DNA of 56,100 nucleotides, the filler included, from Ionaspis alba (taxonomy: Eukaryota): assembly GCA_964255285.1 (NCBI GenBank). It is 2 parts of 2 records of this genome, joined end to end, with 100 filler letters (N's around TTAATTAATTAA, not from the genome) between each part and the next. Parts side by side here need not be neighbours in the genome. Positions count along the whole stretch, not along the records: positions 1 to 28,006 come from CAXUUL010000130.1; 1 more part is not named here. One strand, given 5' to 3'. Numbering within the stretch: the first letter of the stretch is position 1; every line of letters starts with the position of its first letter. The position numbers and the translations under genes are program-made. Under the pieces are notes generated by a model, which saw only the letters and a program-made list of their open reading frames with translations, did not search any database and was not told the DNA's origin. Positions 1 to 11,708 of this stretch are shown one piece after another.

Positions 1-313
1 TGCTGCTTCACGCGTATCTCCGTATGTCTTGGCATCTCCAGCCATAGATCCCAGCAGCCCTAGGAGGCTAGAACCTGCCCGCGGGGAAAGATGCTGTCTT
101 TGATGTGCCGAGGATGACTTCACATGCGACATGTCGCTCTTTCTTGCACCTTGGTCTACTCGATACCATCGGCCCCTTCGCCGCTACGTACTTTGTTTTT
201 TTGGGCCCGATTGCCGCCATTCAGGATGAGTTAACATCGAGTCGTTACAGCCTCTCATAAAGTCTCTGCTCAGAGGCATAGACCGGCGCTGCGGACCTCC
301 CACGACTGGAGAT

Positions 314-1229
314 ATGGAATCCATAAGGGTTGGTACGCCTGAGTTCATTGTCCGAAGCAGCTGCTGACTTTTCTGCAGGAAACTGTCAACAGCATCATCA
401 TCGATCCACAAAATGCCGAATACCTCGCTCTTATTAAGGCAGCGCGCAATGGCGCTGTCTACGGTGCCAAAGTCCGCTTCCCGCATGCTCTGGTGTGAGT
501 AACTACACGGACAGCAACAATTGGACCTGCGACATGGATTTGAGTGAAGCTGACTCTTCTTCTAGCATGGTATTCCTCTTCCGCTCCGGGACGTAAGTGC
601 TCCCTCCGAGCTCCTTACCAAAAATCGAGTCTTTCTTACACAGCGTCCAGCTTGCGCGAGAAACTCACCCTGATCCTCAAAGCGACCAGGACGCATGCCC
701 GAAATCTCGCCACCTTTGCCCTCATCTACAAGACAAGCATGCTACTCCTACGGCATTTCCCCCGCGCACCCGCAAGCACTGCCTCCAAGGAAGCTCCTTA
801 CGATACCTTCCTCGCAGGCTTGATCGGCGGGTATGCTGTTTTCGGCCGGGGCTACCAGTCGTCCGTCAATCAACAGATAGTCATCTACGTCTTCGCACGG
901 GTTGTTCTCGCTCTTGCAAAGCTATCAGTCGCGAAGGGTGGCATTGTCCCGCTCAAGGATAGGCAGAGTGTAACGAGGCACGCTTGGCCGGTGTTTGCGG
1001 CGTGCAGTTGGGGCGCAGTCATGTGGTTATTTCGCTGGCATCCAGACACTATACAGCCGAGCATGAGGAGCAGCATGAAATATATGTAGGTTTTGCCCCA
1101 AAAGCCACACACATTTTCTTAGCATTCCACGCTCTTCTACGGGACGGGTTTTTCTAACATTGGGATGTCAGATATGTCAATGCCGATCATTGGGATGGAT
1201 TCCGAAACTTTCTAGTGCACAACACCTAG
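314..1229 (+). CDS. Peroxisomal membrane protein 4 (PXMP4/PMP24, Tim17/22/23 family), 5 exons
   Basis: ATG at 314. Spliced reading gives MESIR/ETVNSIIIDPQ...KAARNGAVYGAKVRFPHALV/MVFLFRSG/...ATRTHARNLATFA...SSVNQQIVIYVFARV...WLFRWHPDTIQPSMRSSMKY/IYVNADHWDGFRNFLVHNT*. GT..AG introns lie at about 329-378, 495-566, 593-643 and 1086-1171. Confidence 0.92.
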
Positions 1230-1953
1230 ATTCCTGATCGCATCTTAGCGATCCTAGACGTTGGCGATTCGTTTACAAGGCATGGGCCTCTTAAGATATA
1301 GCATAGATGCTGGAGTTCGAAGCCAGCTTTCCATACATTGTACAATATGACTTATTGGTAAGGCCGAGATCTTCTCACTACAGGAGCTTCGAAAGCTACA
1401 ATGCTTCTGGCTTACGCACCGACTTGAAGCTGCCTTTTACATTTGACACATTATACTAGCTGTTGTAATTGTCTCGTTTGAACTCCTGTTTTCTGTTAAG
1501 GAGAACGTGTGGGAGGGGTATCAGTTTTTGAGTAGAATTAACCTGGGGAACAAGGTGTATTTGATGAGCTCAGTCCTCTTCTGTTGCCCGTCAACCGGAA
1601 CAGCTGACTACAATGGTTTTATGGCAAAGCTGGAGACAATCTTTTCGAGCGATGCAGTTATGGCACAAAGATGGTCCTGGATCAGAAAAGAGATTGGCAT
1701 CGCATCATTGAAGATATCTATATTCCAATATCTGCAGTATTGCGCAGTGTCCAACCTTCCTTGCCCCGATCCCAGATGTGACATTCGGACAAGAGATGCG
1801 TTCATAAATCATGACCTCTTAGTTCGCGAAGCAGGGGTCGATTCCAAAATCGAGAAGAGGAGCCTGACTGCCAAAACTCCAATACCAACAGCGCCTTGAT
1901 CCTATCTATCAGTGTTATTTCCACCGGTTTCCGACTCTTCGCTTCGACTGATT

Positions 1954-4717
1954 CTATTCGTCCATCTGCATCAAATCACCGAGACCCATTTGTTGCGCCA
2001 GCTCAGTGCTACGACCAGACCAAGCGGAAGGCCCGTGGAAGGCTGAAAGGTCTTGGAACATGGCCCCGCTTGTGGTATTGTACGAACTCGAAGGACCGCT
2101 CGAGCTACTGAAAAGAGAGAAGTCGTGGGTAGGCTTTTGAAGCTCTTGAGTGAATTCCTCATACCCTTCCTCGCCAGACATTTCGTTAGACTGCATCGAG
2201 TATGGGGAGTATAGCATGGCGTCACCTTTCGCACCCGGCGAGAGCGAAGGATTTTGGACGCTCAGAGGTTGGTCAAAGGAGACAGTGGGATGACGGTTGA
2301 ATGCATTGTAGGGTCGCATCTCCACAGATGTAGCAGGTGTGATGAGCTGTATGTTCATGGATGTCATGTCATGTTCCATATTGCTCCAATCATAGTTCTC
2401 ATTGAACAGAGTCTCGTCGTCATGCGGAGGAAGCGATGCTTCGAAGGCAGACGGTGCTGATGATGCATGAGTCATATCGGCCGCATCCCATGACGGCTGG
2501 TGGGAGCCCGCCGCATAACCAGTCATGTTTCCAGAGACGAAGCTATCGTTTGATTCATTCCACGCATAAGTGGGGTCGAAAGGTGCAAAAGTCTCGTTGA
2601 AATCGGTGGCATGATCATCCATAAAATGGTTTGGGCTCTCTGACGGCACCGTGGAGCCAGCCAATGACTCAGCACGGTAATTGGGTGCCGTCACACCATA
2701 AGCAGGTCCTTCTGGGAAGTCTGGTGTTGCAACGTCGAAATGGTAAGAACCAGGAGTGGACATCTGAGGTGTCGGAGGCGTCTGGCCGTTTTGAGGCTGC
2801 TTACTCGCTTTTCCGTTATTCTTAGACCGCACATACACCCACCCGTGGGCCTTCTCCATGTGCTGCTTGCAATTGCTCTCCCGCTTACTCTCATATGGGC
2901 ATGGGTGGAATTGGCATCGAAATTTCGATGGAGTGGATGAGTGCTTATCGCCAAAATGTCTGTCTCGTTCCTTTTCCGTAGGGAAACCATAGCGGTGATA
3001 CTTGCAACCATCGTCACTGCATTTCCAGGGTCTTGAATGGGTCTTCTCATGCTTACTGGTATTGACTCTCTGTTAGCCGACGATCTAGAACCCATGAAAT
3101 AGAAATTGCCATGTGAGGTGGATGCGAGAGAGCTCCCAATTGAAGATTATCTCGGCCATAATGATAGTTGTGGCTAACGCGTCCAACAGAGCGGAAGATA
3201 TGGATGACTCACGTTAGATCACAAGGCCGTTTGAAGACCTTGTCACATTCGCTGCATTTTTGAATGTCCTTGACGACGGGTAGAGCAGACGCCTTCCTAC
3301 GTGCCATGGAGCGCAACACATCTTCCTCCGCTTCTTCACTCACAGATCGCTTGATACCCCGTTGATATGAGGTCAAAGTCTCCGCAGACACATCCTCTCC
3401 AGTGCGAAGCAAGATGGACCGGCCATCTTTGACTCTGACAAGTTCGACAGGTCGACCGGTTTGACTCAGTCCGCCAACCAAGTCAAGATGCTCGTCGCTA
3501 AATGCGTCAGAAGGGAACTTTACGAGGGCCAGGGGTACATACGAGGCTCTTTCGGTCTCGCTAGCAGATGGGCCTGAAGCCATCGTTGCTCTCGAAGCTG
3601 ACAACATCGTCGCGTATTGTCGGACCTGTTCGACAAGATCAAGGAAATAGCCATTAGTATACGGTCGGTCAGCTGGTCGTCGTTGGTCGTGTTCGTTGAG
3701 AAAGTCGACCGTCGTGTGTATGCACTGGATCGAAGTCTCGCAAAAGCTGAGAAACGAAGCCTTGGATACCGACCATTTCTTTTCACCAAGAATCAGACCA
3801 CGAGCCAAACTCCAAACCCATAGTGAAGGATGGAGGCTTACCGGTGCTAGCCACAGGAGAACTTTCTCCAGGTCTCGGAGGCAAGTGATTTCTTTGCGGG
3901 CGACACGATAGGGAATGCCGTTGACAAGTGGGTGGAAGTCCTTCAACTTTTCCTCACGAATGATGGGAAGGATGATGTGCTTTTGAATCTGTTTGCAAGC
4001 GTATTCGCTCAAAGCATGCTGAGTGCCGGTCACAGATCCTGCAGTGGATGCATTGAGACCATTGATGCCCGTCTGAACGCGACCTTCCTTGACGGAGGTG
4101 ACGTTATGTGGGGCGTCTTTCATTGACCAGTGTGAGTCATTGACGACCAGTTTCGATGCAGGTGTCATACCTTGTTTCACGCCAGCATGATCCCCGGACA
4201 TCGAAAGTTCCGAGCTGCTCACAGTGGAGCCGATACCGCTGTCGGAATGGTGATGTTTCCTCTTCGCCTGAGGATGGTACGGTTGTAATTGGGAGGTTGG
4301 GGACTGCTGGTCCAATTCCATACGATCGGGCGCATCAACATTGGTATTGACCATGAAAAGCGGAACCGGAAGACCTTCAGCGACGAGAGTCTCTTGGCTA
4401 TCGGATGAGAAGGACTGCAAGCCGGAGAGGCTACGATCGACGGCACCGATGATCTGGGCAATGCGATCGTCACCGGCGGCGAGGGTTGCTTCGAGAGTTT
4501 TGTGACATGTAGGCGACCTTCGCGGCAGCGATGGTATGCTCAATATAGGATCGTGCTCTTCCGACCGAGGCGAAGTGGGAGAGTGGAAGGTGGCACTCTT
4601 TCTCAGCGAGTGGCTGTGTGCGAGCGTTGTCGGGGCATTGGGAGAGGAGGAAGGTTGGAGTGGGGTTGTTTGGGTCACTGGGTTGCGCAGGTGCCGGCGT
4701 CGAGGGTTGACATACAT
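1954..4717 (-). CDS. sltA: C2H2 zinc-finger transcription factor of the SltA/StzA/ACE1 family
   Basis: N-terminal MYVNPRRR (alternative ATG at 4732), LRKSATFHSP, HHSDSGIGS, ITCLRDLEK and RPYTNGYFLDL blocks. Three fingers: CSECDKVFKRPCDLT/intron/KHEKTHSRPWKC...FPTEKERDRH...CPYESKRESNCKQHMEKAHGWVYVRSK. Internal intron positions are approximate. Confidence 0.9.
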
Positions 4718-6994
4718 CTGGGGGGTATCCATTCTTTATGAATTGTTCCCGCAACGGAAATGGGTATGGGTGGTGGGTGACGGCGGGTCTGATAAATGTT
4801 CATGAGTCTGATTCCCGGCTGCGGTGCATGGTGACTCACATTCACGGCTAGACGAATCGGGCCCTTGGGTAAGGTTCAGCCGGCGCTTTGCACGTAGAAT
4901 CAAGCTGCGTGCAATTGGCTTTTGAAAGATATGAACTGTGCACTCGCAACGGCTGTTCAAGAAGTGAAACGGATCGATGATCAACGGCGAGTTGTCGAGC
5001 TTGGCACAGCAAGATATCTTGTGGTGCACAACAACTGCCAAAGCAACTGGGAGTATATAGAGTCAAAAGAGATACCGGCAGCACTGCTGAGAAGCAATCT
5101 TTGTTGCGGGATGTTGTCAAATGAAGTGGCGGTGCGAGTCCACAGTCGAGTGGTCCAAGGCTATGCTGCGGGCCTCACAGTGAAGAGCTTCTCCTAGCAG
5201 GATTTGGGGGGCAGTGAGAATGACAGGCTGAGAGACAACGATGCAGGACTATCTGATTCCTGGGTAACAGGACGAAGACGATGAAAATGGCAAAAGCAAG
5301 AAGAAAGGTAGATGGATGAAGAGAGAGGGGGAGAGAAGGACGAAGCAGGAGGAAAGCGGTCGGACAGGCGAGATGATGGCGATGGCGATTGGGAAGCCTT
5401 TTGGTCCCGATAGACAGCCAGACAGAGAGACAGACGCTGGCGGAGAGCCCTACGCTAAGCAGATGGCTGCCTAGAGTACGCGAGTCCTAGTTTCCTTGGC
5501 AGAGGGGGATTTCGTCCCATTCGAGGTACGGTATGGCGGGCATTAACTGGCTCCTACATCATGCGTACAGTACAAATAGTGGTATGGTATCACTGGTATG
5601 GTTCCATTGCCTTCGCTTGCGATCTGTCCGTTGATCCTCCGAGAAAGCCCCTGGAGACACCAGGATATACTGCTAGATTGACTGATGATTCTGACTGGTC
5701 CCGCCATCCACAAATTGTAAATGATTGCTCGGTATGTCCTATCGATACGGTCTCCATCGATCTCTTATCCTGTTGGTTTCCCAAATGCCTCATCCATCGC
5801 GCCAATAAGGTTATACTTGAAAGTAGTAAGATAATGGTGGAGGATGTAATTTCAAGGCACTAGAGCTCGGTACAGGTATGTGTATGTATTAATTGTGATG
5901 GTGTTCCGTTCCCTACTCCCCTTCGTTGCCGCTTCCCCACGAGGATAGCGAAGAATGCTGACGCTGCTTCGTAATCCATCCCTCGCACCTTTTGGTCTTC
6001 ATGCAGACGTCGCTCACAGTCCTTATCCTGTCCGGGATCGCTAGCCAATCCTTCGAGTACAGTTGCAACGAGTCTAATCCTCATAGGCCAAGGGACCCGT
6101 TGGTCTTGTTCATCATCGATCACGTTGGAACTGCTTGGAAACTGATAATCTTGCTCTGCTGACCTTGTCGGCGATTGTGACTACCACGGGACTACTCACT
6201 CCACTTGCTTGTAGGGTTAGGGATGGAAAGCCGCCGGATGTATGCAGCCCTATGTATCAACTGCAGGGCTACGGTAACGCTTTCACCGACCCCTCCGACT
6301 CTCCGACCGTGCTGTGCCTTCGACCCAAGGATCACCTCAACGCCTTCGGATTGAAGGACGAGTAAACGTCCGTCTACCACCTGGAACTCGTCTTTGTACC
6401 GGTAGCATCTCCCACATGTGACGCACTCAGACAGAACGTCGTGTCCTCTCCACTGTATTGTGATATATACACGGCGGGAGTGCGTGTCCAAATGCTACAC
6501 AACGAAAATTGCACATAATCCCAGGCTGTATAGGGAAGAACTTAACATAGTCATTAGCTAGGCGTGAAGAAACAAGCCTAACGAGTGAATAATCTACCAA
6601 GCGTTGTCCTCTCCAAATGTGCATGTATAAGATCTGTCACAGACAGGTTGCGCTTGGATTACAGATGTCGGATTAATGCGCGCCTTCAATCTCTGGTCTG
6701 CCAAATCAAAAATAGGTCAAAAGTATTACACAGTTGTGTACTTCAGCTCAGCTTCGATCAATGTTTCTAGAAATGACGAGACAGTTGATTCGGGTAGTAG
6801 GAATGTTCTGATACGCAATTGACCATGTATTGGAAAATATCATCGTAGCCGAGTGTTTACTTATGACGTAATCGCCGTGTCGCGTCGAGAAGCAGCACGA
6901 AAGATACCACTGAACTCCACACAATCTCTGTCCTTGTGCCTCTCTTGTCGAGGCTCTTAACTCCAAACTGCGCTTGAGTAACTGAGATACAGCT

Positions 6995-7860
6995 ATGGCG
7001 ATCATTCCTAACACTAAGAAGCCTTTGGCGGAAAGCACTGGCAACAACAATTCCAACGCTGCGGGCGCCGTAGTTACTCACCGGCATGGTTTGGCAGAGT
7101 TTGACTCTGTTTTGAGGCAGTATTTCTCTACTAAATCCAAACGCCCCCATTCTGCAGTCGATGAACCTGTTTCGATCACCGACAATTGCGAGCAAGTATG
7201 ACGGAAAATCCACCACTTCATAACATTGGAGAGATGAAGGTCACGGAGTTTCAACGAGCCATCAATGTGACTAGCAGCACATACGGCTCCTTCATGAAGC
7301 AGAACGATCCTAGTGAAGGTATGGGCAGCAGCGTGTATGACGCGGTTTCTGTGTTCTTCAAGACACGCGAACTGTAGGGTATCAAAATGCCACGAAAGAA
7401 AATAAAGAAGTCGGATGACACCAACAAGGTTGAACCCTCGGGCATCCATCTAAACGGCGAGGAGGAGGGATATGTGGAAGTCTATGAGACCTGCGATGAG
7501 GTTGGTCGCAAGATCGCCGCCCATCTACGACATCCCAAACATCTCCCAAGCGGCTTTCCTGCGCGAGGCGTTGAAAATATTTCCGCGGCCTAAGAAGCTC
7601 TCGGCGTGCAGTTGCCAGATTCCCAATCCAAGAAAGGGCCTTTGGCTGCTGGCAATGCCAGCGGCATTTTCTATGCGTCCTATGTTTACTTTGAGAAGCT
7701 AAGGATCAAGGACAACAAGAAGAAGTCGAAGTTCTGAGAAGAAATGGAGGATAGGTGGCATAAAGAGGGGGCATTTCGAGGGAGCCTCAAAACGGGGGCT
7801 ACTTCTGTCATTCCAGCGAAATGCCTGTGGAGGGCTGCTTGCACTTGATGAAAAGATGAG
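6995..7860 (+). pseudogene. Decayed copy of a conserved fungal unknown-function gene with two internal repeats (DNCxxVRRKI / ETCDEVxRKI)
   Basis: The peptide can be followed across three frames. In-frame stops are TGA 7199-7201, TAG 7375-7377 and TGA 7735-7737, with frameshifts near 7220, 7540 and 7590-7650. Confidence 0.75.
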
Positions 7861-8663
7861 GGGCAGCGTCATTCAGAGTCCTCAAGTAGCGATAAACTGA
7901 AGATGTTGTTCTTTTCGTCCAACTTTGGAGTCCCATATACGATAAGCGTGCAAGATACTCGATGTAGGCGGTTTGAACATGTAGATTTGGATCGCTCTGA
8001 TCTAATGTTTGGTCGAAGAAACCTCGTCGTAGTAGGCTACTTACCACCGTTACGATATTTTTGGCATGCTGTTCAACAACCTAAAACTATCGCTATCAGA
8101 GGACCGATATCTCAACGAAGCTTGTGATCGGATTCGAGCCAAACATGCAGTGAGGGATGGCTATGTCGATGAAACAACCGCAAGGCGCCAGGCAGGGGTC
8201 GCGTCATTCGCAACCAACAGCGCAAGCTTTTCATTGGTCACTCCCGTTCGTGATTTGAACCTCACCTTCACCGCGCAGTATCGATGTGGTGGTCCTCAGT
8301 ACTTGATTCACGAATCGCCAGGTCCATGGTACCTTATTCATGTTAGTTGTCTCGAAGAACTTGAAGAGTCAACGCTCGGCCCCGTTCACTTGGGCGGACC
8401 AAGTAGATGTTACTCCGCCATGAATCAGCTACACAAAACTCGCTGTCCTGGCTCCTCCTTCTCTTCTATATTTCTGGTGCTCACACGGTTCTTCTCCCGC
8501 CAATCTCATTACTTCTCTGCCTTGCAAATCTGCGCAATACAGCATTTTCGCTTTCCCAACCCTCAGTCTCACAAGCTCTACATCAAGGCTGGGCCTTGAT
8601 ACCCACCTGACGTCCTTTGTTCTTGTATTCCCAATCACGCGTCGGGTCTGAGTCAAACAGTTC

Positions 8664-9373
8664 ATGGCTTTTGCACGATTGTTCTCTGTCTTCCTCTTGT
8701 CTCTTGCTCGCGTTCTTACCGCTGCCTCACCGCTGCCGCAGATGCCCCAAGCTGGCCTTGTCATCACACCGGAGCATGTCCAGCTCATTTCGCCTGCAAC
8801 CTCCTCCTGCGCCGGTGCACCTAAGCCAACCGAGTGCCGCGATGCGCACCAGATTGCTCCTATCCTCAATGAGGTCTTTGCGAAGTTCGACATCGTTCGT
8901 CCCAACGAGATGGCTGCCTTGGTGGCTCTTATGGCTTTTGAATCGGAGAGCTTCAAGTATCAAAGGAACTACTTTCCCGGCATCCCTGGTCAAGGAAGTG
9001 AGTTTCCAGCGGTAGACTTCGTGTGCCTGGTCTTCCTTTGCTAATGGAATACTCAGCCCGCAACATGCAATCCCCACATTTCAACCTACTTTACGCCAAG
9101 TCAATCCCAGAACTATCCTCGAAGCTGCGGGCATTACCCGCTGGCTCCCCCAAAGAAGTGCTCCAAATGTTGACCGACGTGGATGAATACGATTTTGGGT
9201 CCGCGGCATGGTTCCTTACAACCCAGTGCTCGTCGACAATTCGAGGTGGCCTGCAGGATGGAGGGTTGGGTGGGTGGAATGCTTACTTGACGGACTGCGT
9301 AGACGTACCATCAACTGACAGCAGGCGCGCTTTCTGGCGACGCGCGAAACAAGTCTTTGGTGTGGAGGGCTGA
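8664..9373 (+). CDS. Secreted ~216-aa protein, putative lysozyme/GH19-like fold
   Basis: Signal peptide MAFARLFSVFLLSLARVLTAA. Intron 8998-9056 (GTGAGT..CTAAT..CAG) joins PGQG/TRNMQ. Motifs EMAALVALMAFES and DFGSAAWFLTTQC, four Cys. Confidence 0.85.
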
Positions 9374-9596
9374 ACTTCGTGCATAGCGCATAGCTCGGGA
9401 ATCCCTGTCCGAGGGAAGATGTTACTCGTACCTGAATGATGCTTCACATTTTTGGCAAGCTTGGTGTACTATCAAGGCTTGAGGCTAGCGCTCAACAGAC
9501 CCAGGGTATGTTCAGGAGCTAACATCACAATATGATAATTTGCAACTCGTTCTTTTGCGTATGTGAAAGTGGGTGACTCATGAAGTCCATGGCTGA

Positions 9597-11071
9597 TCAC
9601 CATTTCTGGTTTGGAAGATCAAACCGGCTCAACAGCCCCACGCGCCAGTCCTGCAACATCCTAAGTGCAGCTGGAAGATTATGGTTACTGGTTTCGAGAT
9701 CTGCACGGAGCTGCTGCAAGATGAAAGAAGGAATTGCGATCTCCTCCGTAGAGGTACGGCGTTTCTCAAACCGTATGGAAGAATCCTGGGCGCTCTTGTA
9801 CAAGACCTTTATGGCTCGTCTGGTGCCCGTGAAGGTAGAAGAGCTATATATGAGGTCGGGATTGAATACCCAAAGCTAGAAGACTCAGCCATATACTCCC
9901 AAGGCTTTGCTAGCCAACCTACTAGAATTCCCTCTGCGACGTCTACACTGGAAGCGACGAATCTCCTATTCCCTTGACTTTCGACCAGACATAATAGCTG
10001 TGCACTGACGTATTTCTGTGTGTCAGACTGTTCCCAGTGCTTGCTGACATCGCTCTTCAAGGCCATGGTAGATTTGTAGAGCCGTACGCCCCCAAAAAGT
10101 GTATCTTTGAGTCCTAGTGAACGACCGCATCTTGCGCACCCCACTGTGGAATCGATGCTTTCTTGATGCTAATGAACATCAGTTTCTGTGCCACAAGTAG
10201 ATCCCACAGACGCCAAAATCTCGGTGGTGCTACGGTGAAAATCAGAGGCCCTGCTACAGCCGGACAAGACAGAGTTACTAGGTGACCCATGCGTGCGTTT
10301 CAGAAACGACGAGGGTCAAACTCAGAGAGACCTCCGCTCGTCAGGGAGACTATTCCTTCTGGGGCTTTCGTATCGGCGACAATGTCATTGATATCGATGC
10401 ATTGAACGTAGACATGCCTCCTTCTTACTGCCCGATTATGGAGGACATCCAACAGTAATGTATGCCAACCACAATAACATGAAAGAACATACTACCAGAG
10501 CGTCACAATCTTCTTCTGCCAGAACAAAGGCAGTAGTATCCACTAGACCGATTCCAGGTCGGCTCTTGATCTTGTCACCGGCTGAGTACCCTTTCGAGGT
10601 GGCTGACGAGCTCGGAGTATAGTCGGGCTTATGGCAATGCCAGAAATCCATCATCTCTGCCCAGCTGTCGCTGGGAAGGTCTTTCCAAGCATGCATCGGA
10701 CCAGGAATAATGACAGCCTTGCAATTTTTGCATGCTAGGCATGTCCCACTGCTCAACCCACTAGCAGACCATGGGACGATATTGACCGAGTTGTCGGCAA
10801 AATGTGGAGCCGACGTGGTGTTTGGTTCGATAGGCATACGGAACGACAAGGTCCGCACTTGAGACGCCGTTGGATCCAATTTTGGCAGAGCAGAAATCGG
10901 AGCAGGCAGTGGGATTCTGGCTTGTCGTCCCTCGTGGCTTAGGATCAATGCTTCACGATTGGAAGACAGCTCAACTCTGGTATCGTCGTTCCGATCCGAC
11001 GGCAAGGTAGCTGAAACAGTGACTTGGCCAATATTTGGTAGAAGCTCCGCGTAGAATTGGATAGAAGCCAT
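9597..11071 (-). CDS. HECT_2 / UBE3D-like protein (yeast Ipa1 family), 3 exons
   Basis: FYAELLPNIGQV start, CKNC, WKDLPSDSWAEMMDFWHCHKP, CARC, LWVFNPDLIYSSS...AIKVLYK. Introns at 10492-10169 and about 9922-9877. Confidence 0.88.
10184..10435 (-). ncRNA. Intronic H/ACA guide RNA, snR81-like (predicted guide for the U2 snRNA Psi42 equivalent)
   Basis: 5' hairpin GGGC-agt-AAGAA-GGAGGCATGTC...GACATTGTCGCC-GATAC-gaaa-GCCC. The pocket strands AAGAA/GATAC pair with U2 GUAUC-UG-UUCUU. An AGA hinge lies 14 nt after the pocket (position 6 of the H box is non-canonical). Further hairpins follow, with an ACA at 10189-10187 just upstream of the branch point. Confidence 0.72.
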
Positions 11072-11708
11072 CTAGAAGCGGACACGTCTTTCACTCCGAG
11101 ACTTGGTCTCAAAGGGAAGAACAGCGATGGGCGAAGCGGCGGAGAGGTGGTTGTTTCCGCAAGCTGAGTCATGACGCTAAGAAGGACAGGTAAGTAGAGA
11201 AAGGCATTGTTCCATTTACATGGATAATTGCATATTCCACGGACTGGGAATTTTGGAGCGAAGTTCTTGACGCAGTCTCCCGTGCTCTCATGAAACCTTG
11301 AGCCCAGAATAGCCGGAGGTTACCGACCAGGCCGGGGCCGAGGCGGGGGAACAGGAATCGTTGACCCTACCCAATTAGCATAATTTCTCCCGAACCTAGG
11401 TCCCTTAGGAGGAAGGGCCCCTGTTATAAGTCCACTACGTCCTCTAATTGAGTGCCTCTGGGACTCTTTTGGCTAAGTCTTTTGCAAATTGTGAAGCAGC
11501 AGCAATTCCTATCACCCCACCTCGGGATAACTCCAAGGCCGGGGGCACGCTTCGACGTCCCTTCCTAAACACCGTTGACATTGAACAAATCGTTCCGGCT
11601 GCCCACGGTGAAGACAATACTCACGAAGCAAACCACAACAGGAAGTGCGCAATACGCATCATAGCCTCAGCGTGTCAATGCAGTGGGGCAGGATTATTTG
11701 ATGTCGCT

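Noticed and set aside
4470..4508. Out-of-frame MSQNSRSNPRRR mimicking the SltA N-terminal NPRRR
   Set aside because: It is a ~16-nt near-repeat inside the coding exon that stops immediately. Probably chance.
10309..10345. CTGACGA...GAAAC on the - strand, resembling a hammerhead ribozyme core
   Set aside because: GACGAG is sequestered by CTCGTC in a hairpin and stems I/III cannot be built. It is better explained as part of the H/ACA RNA.
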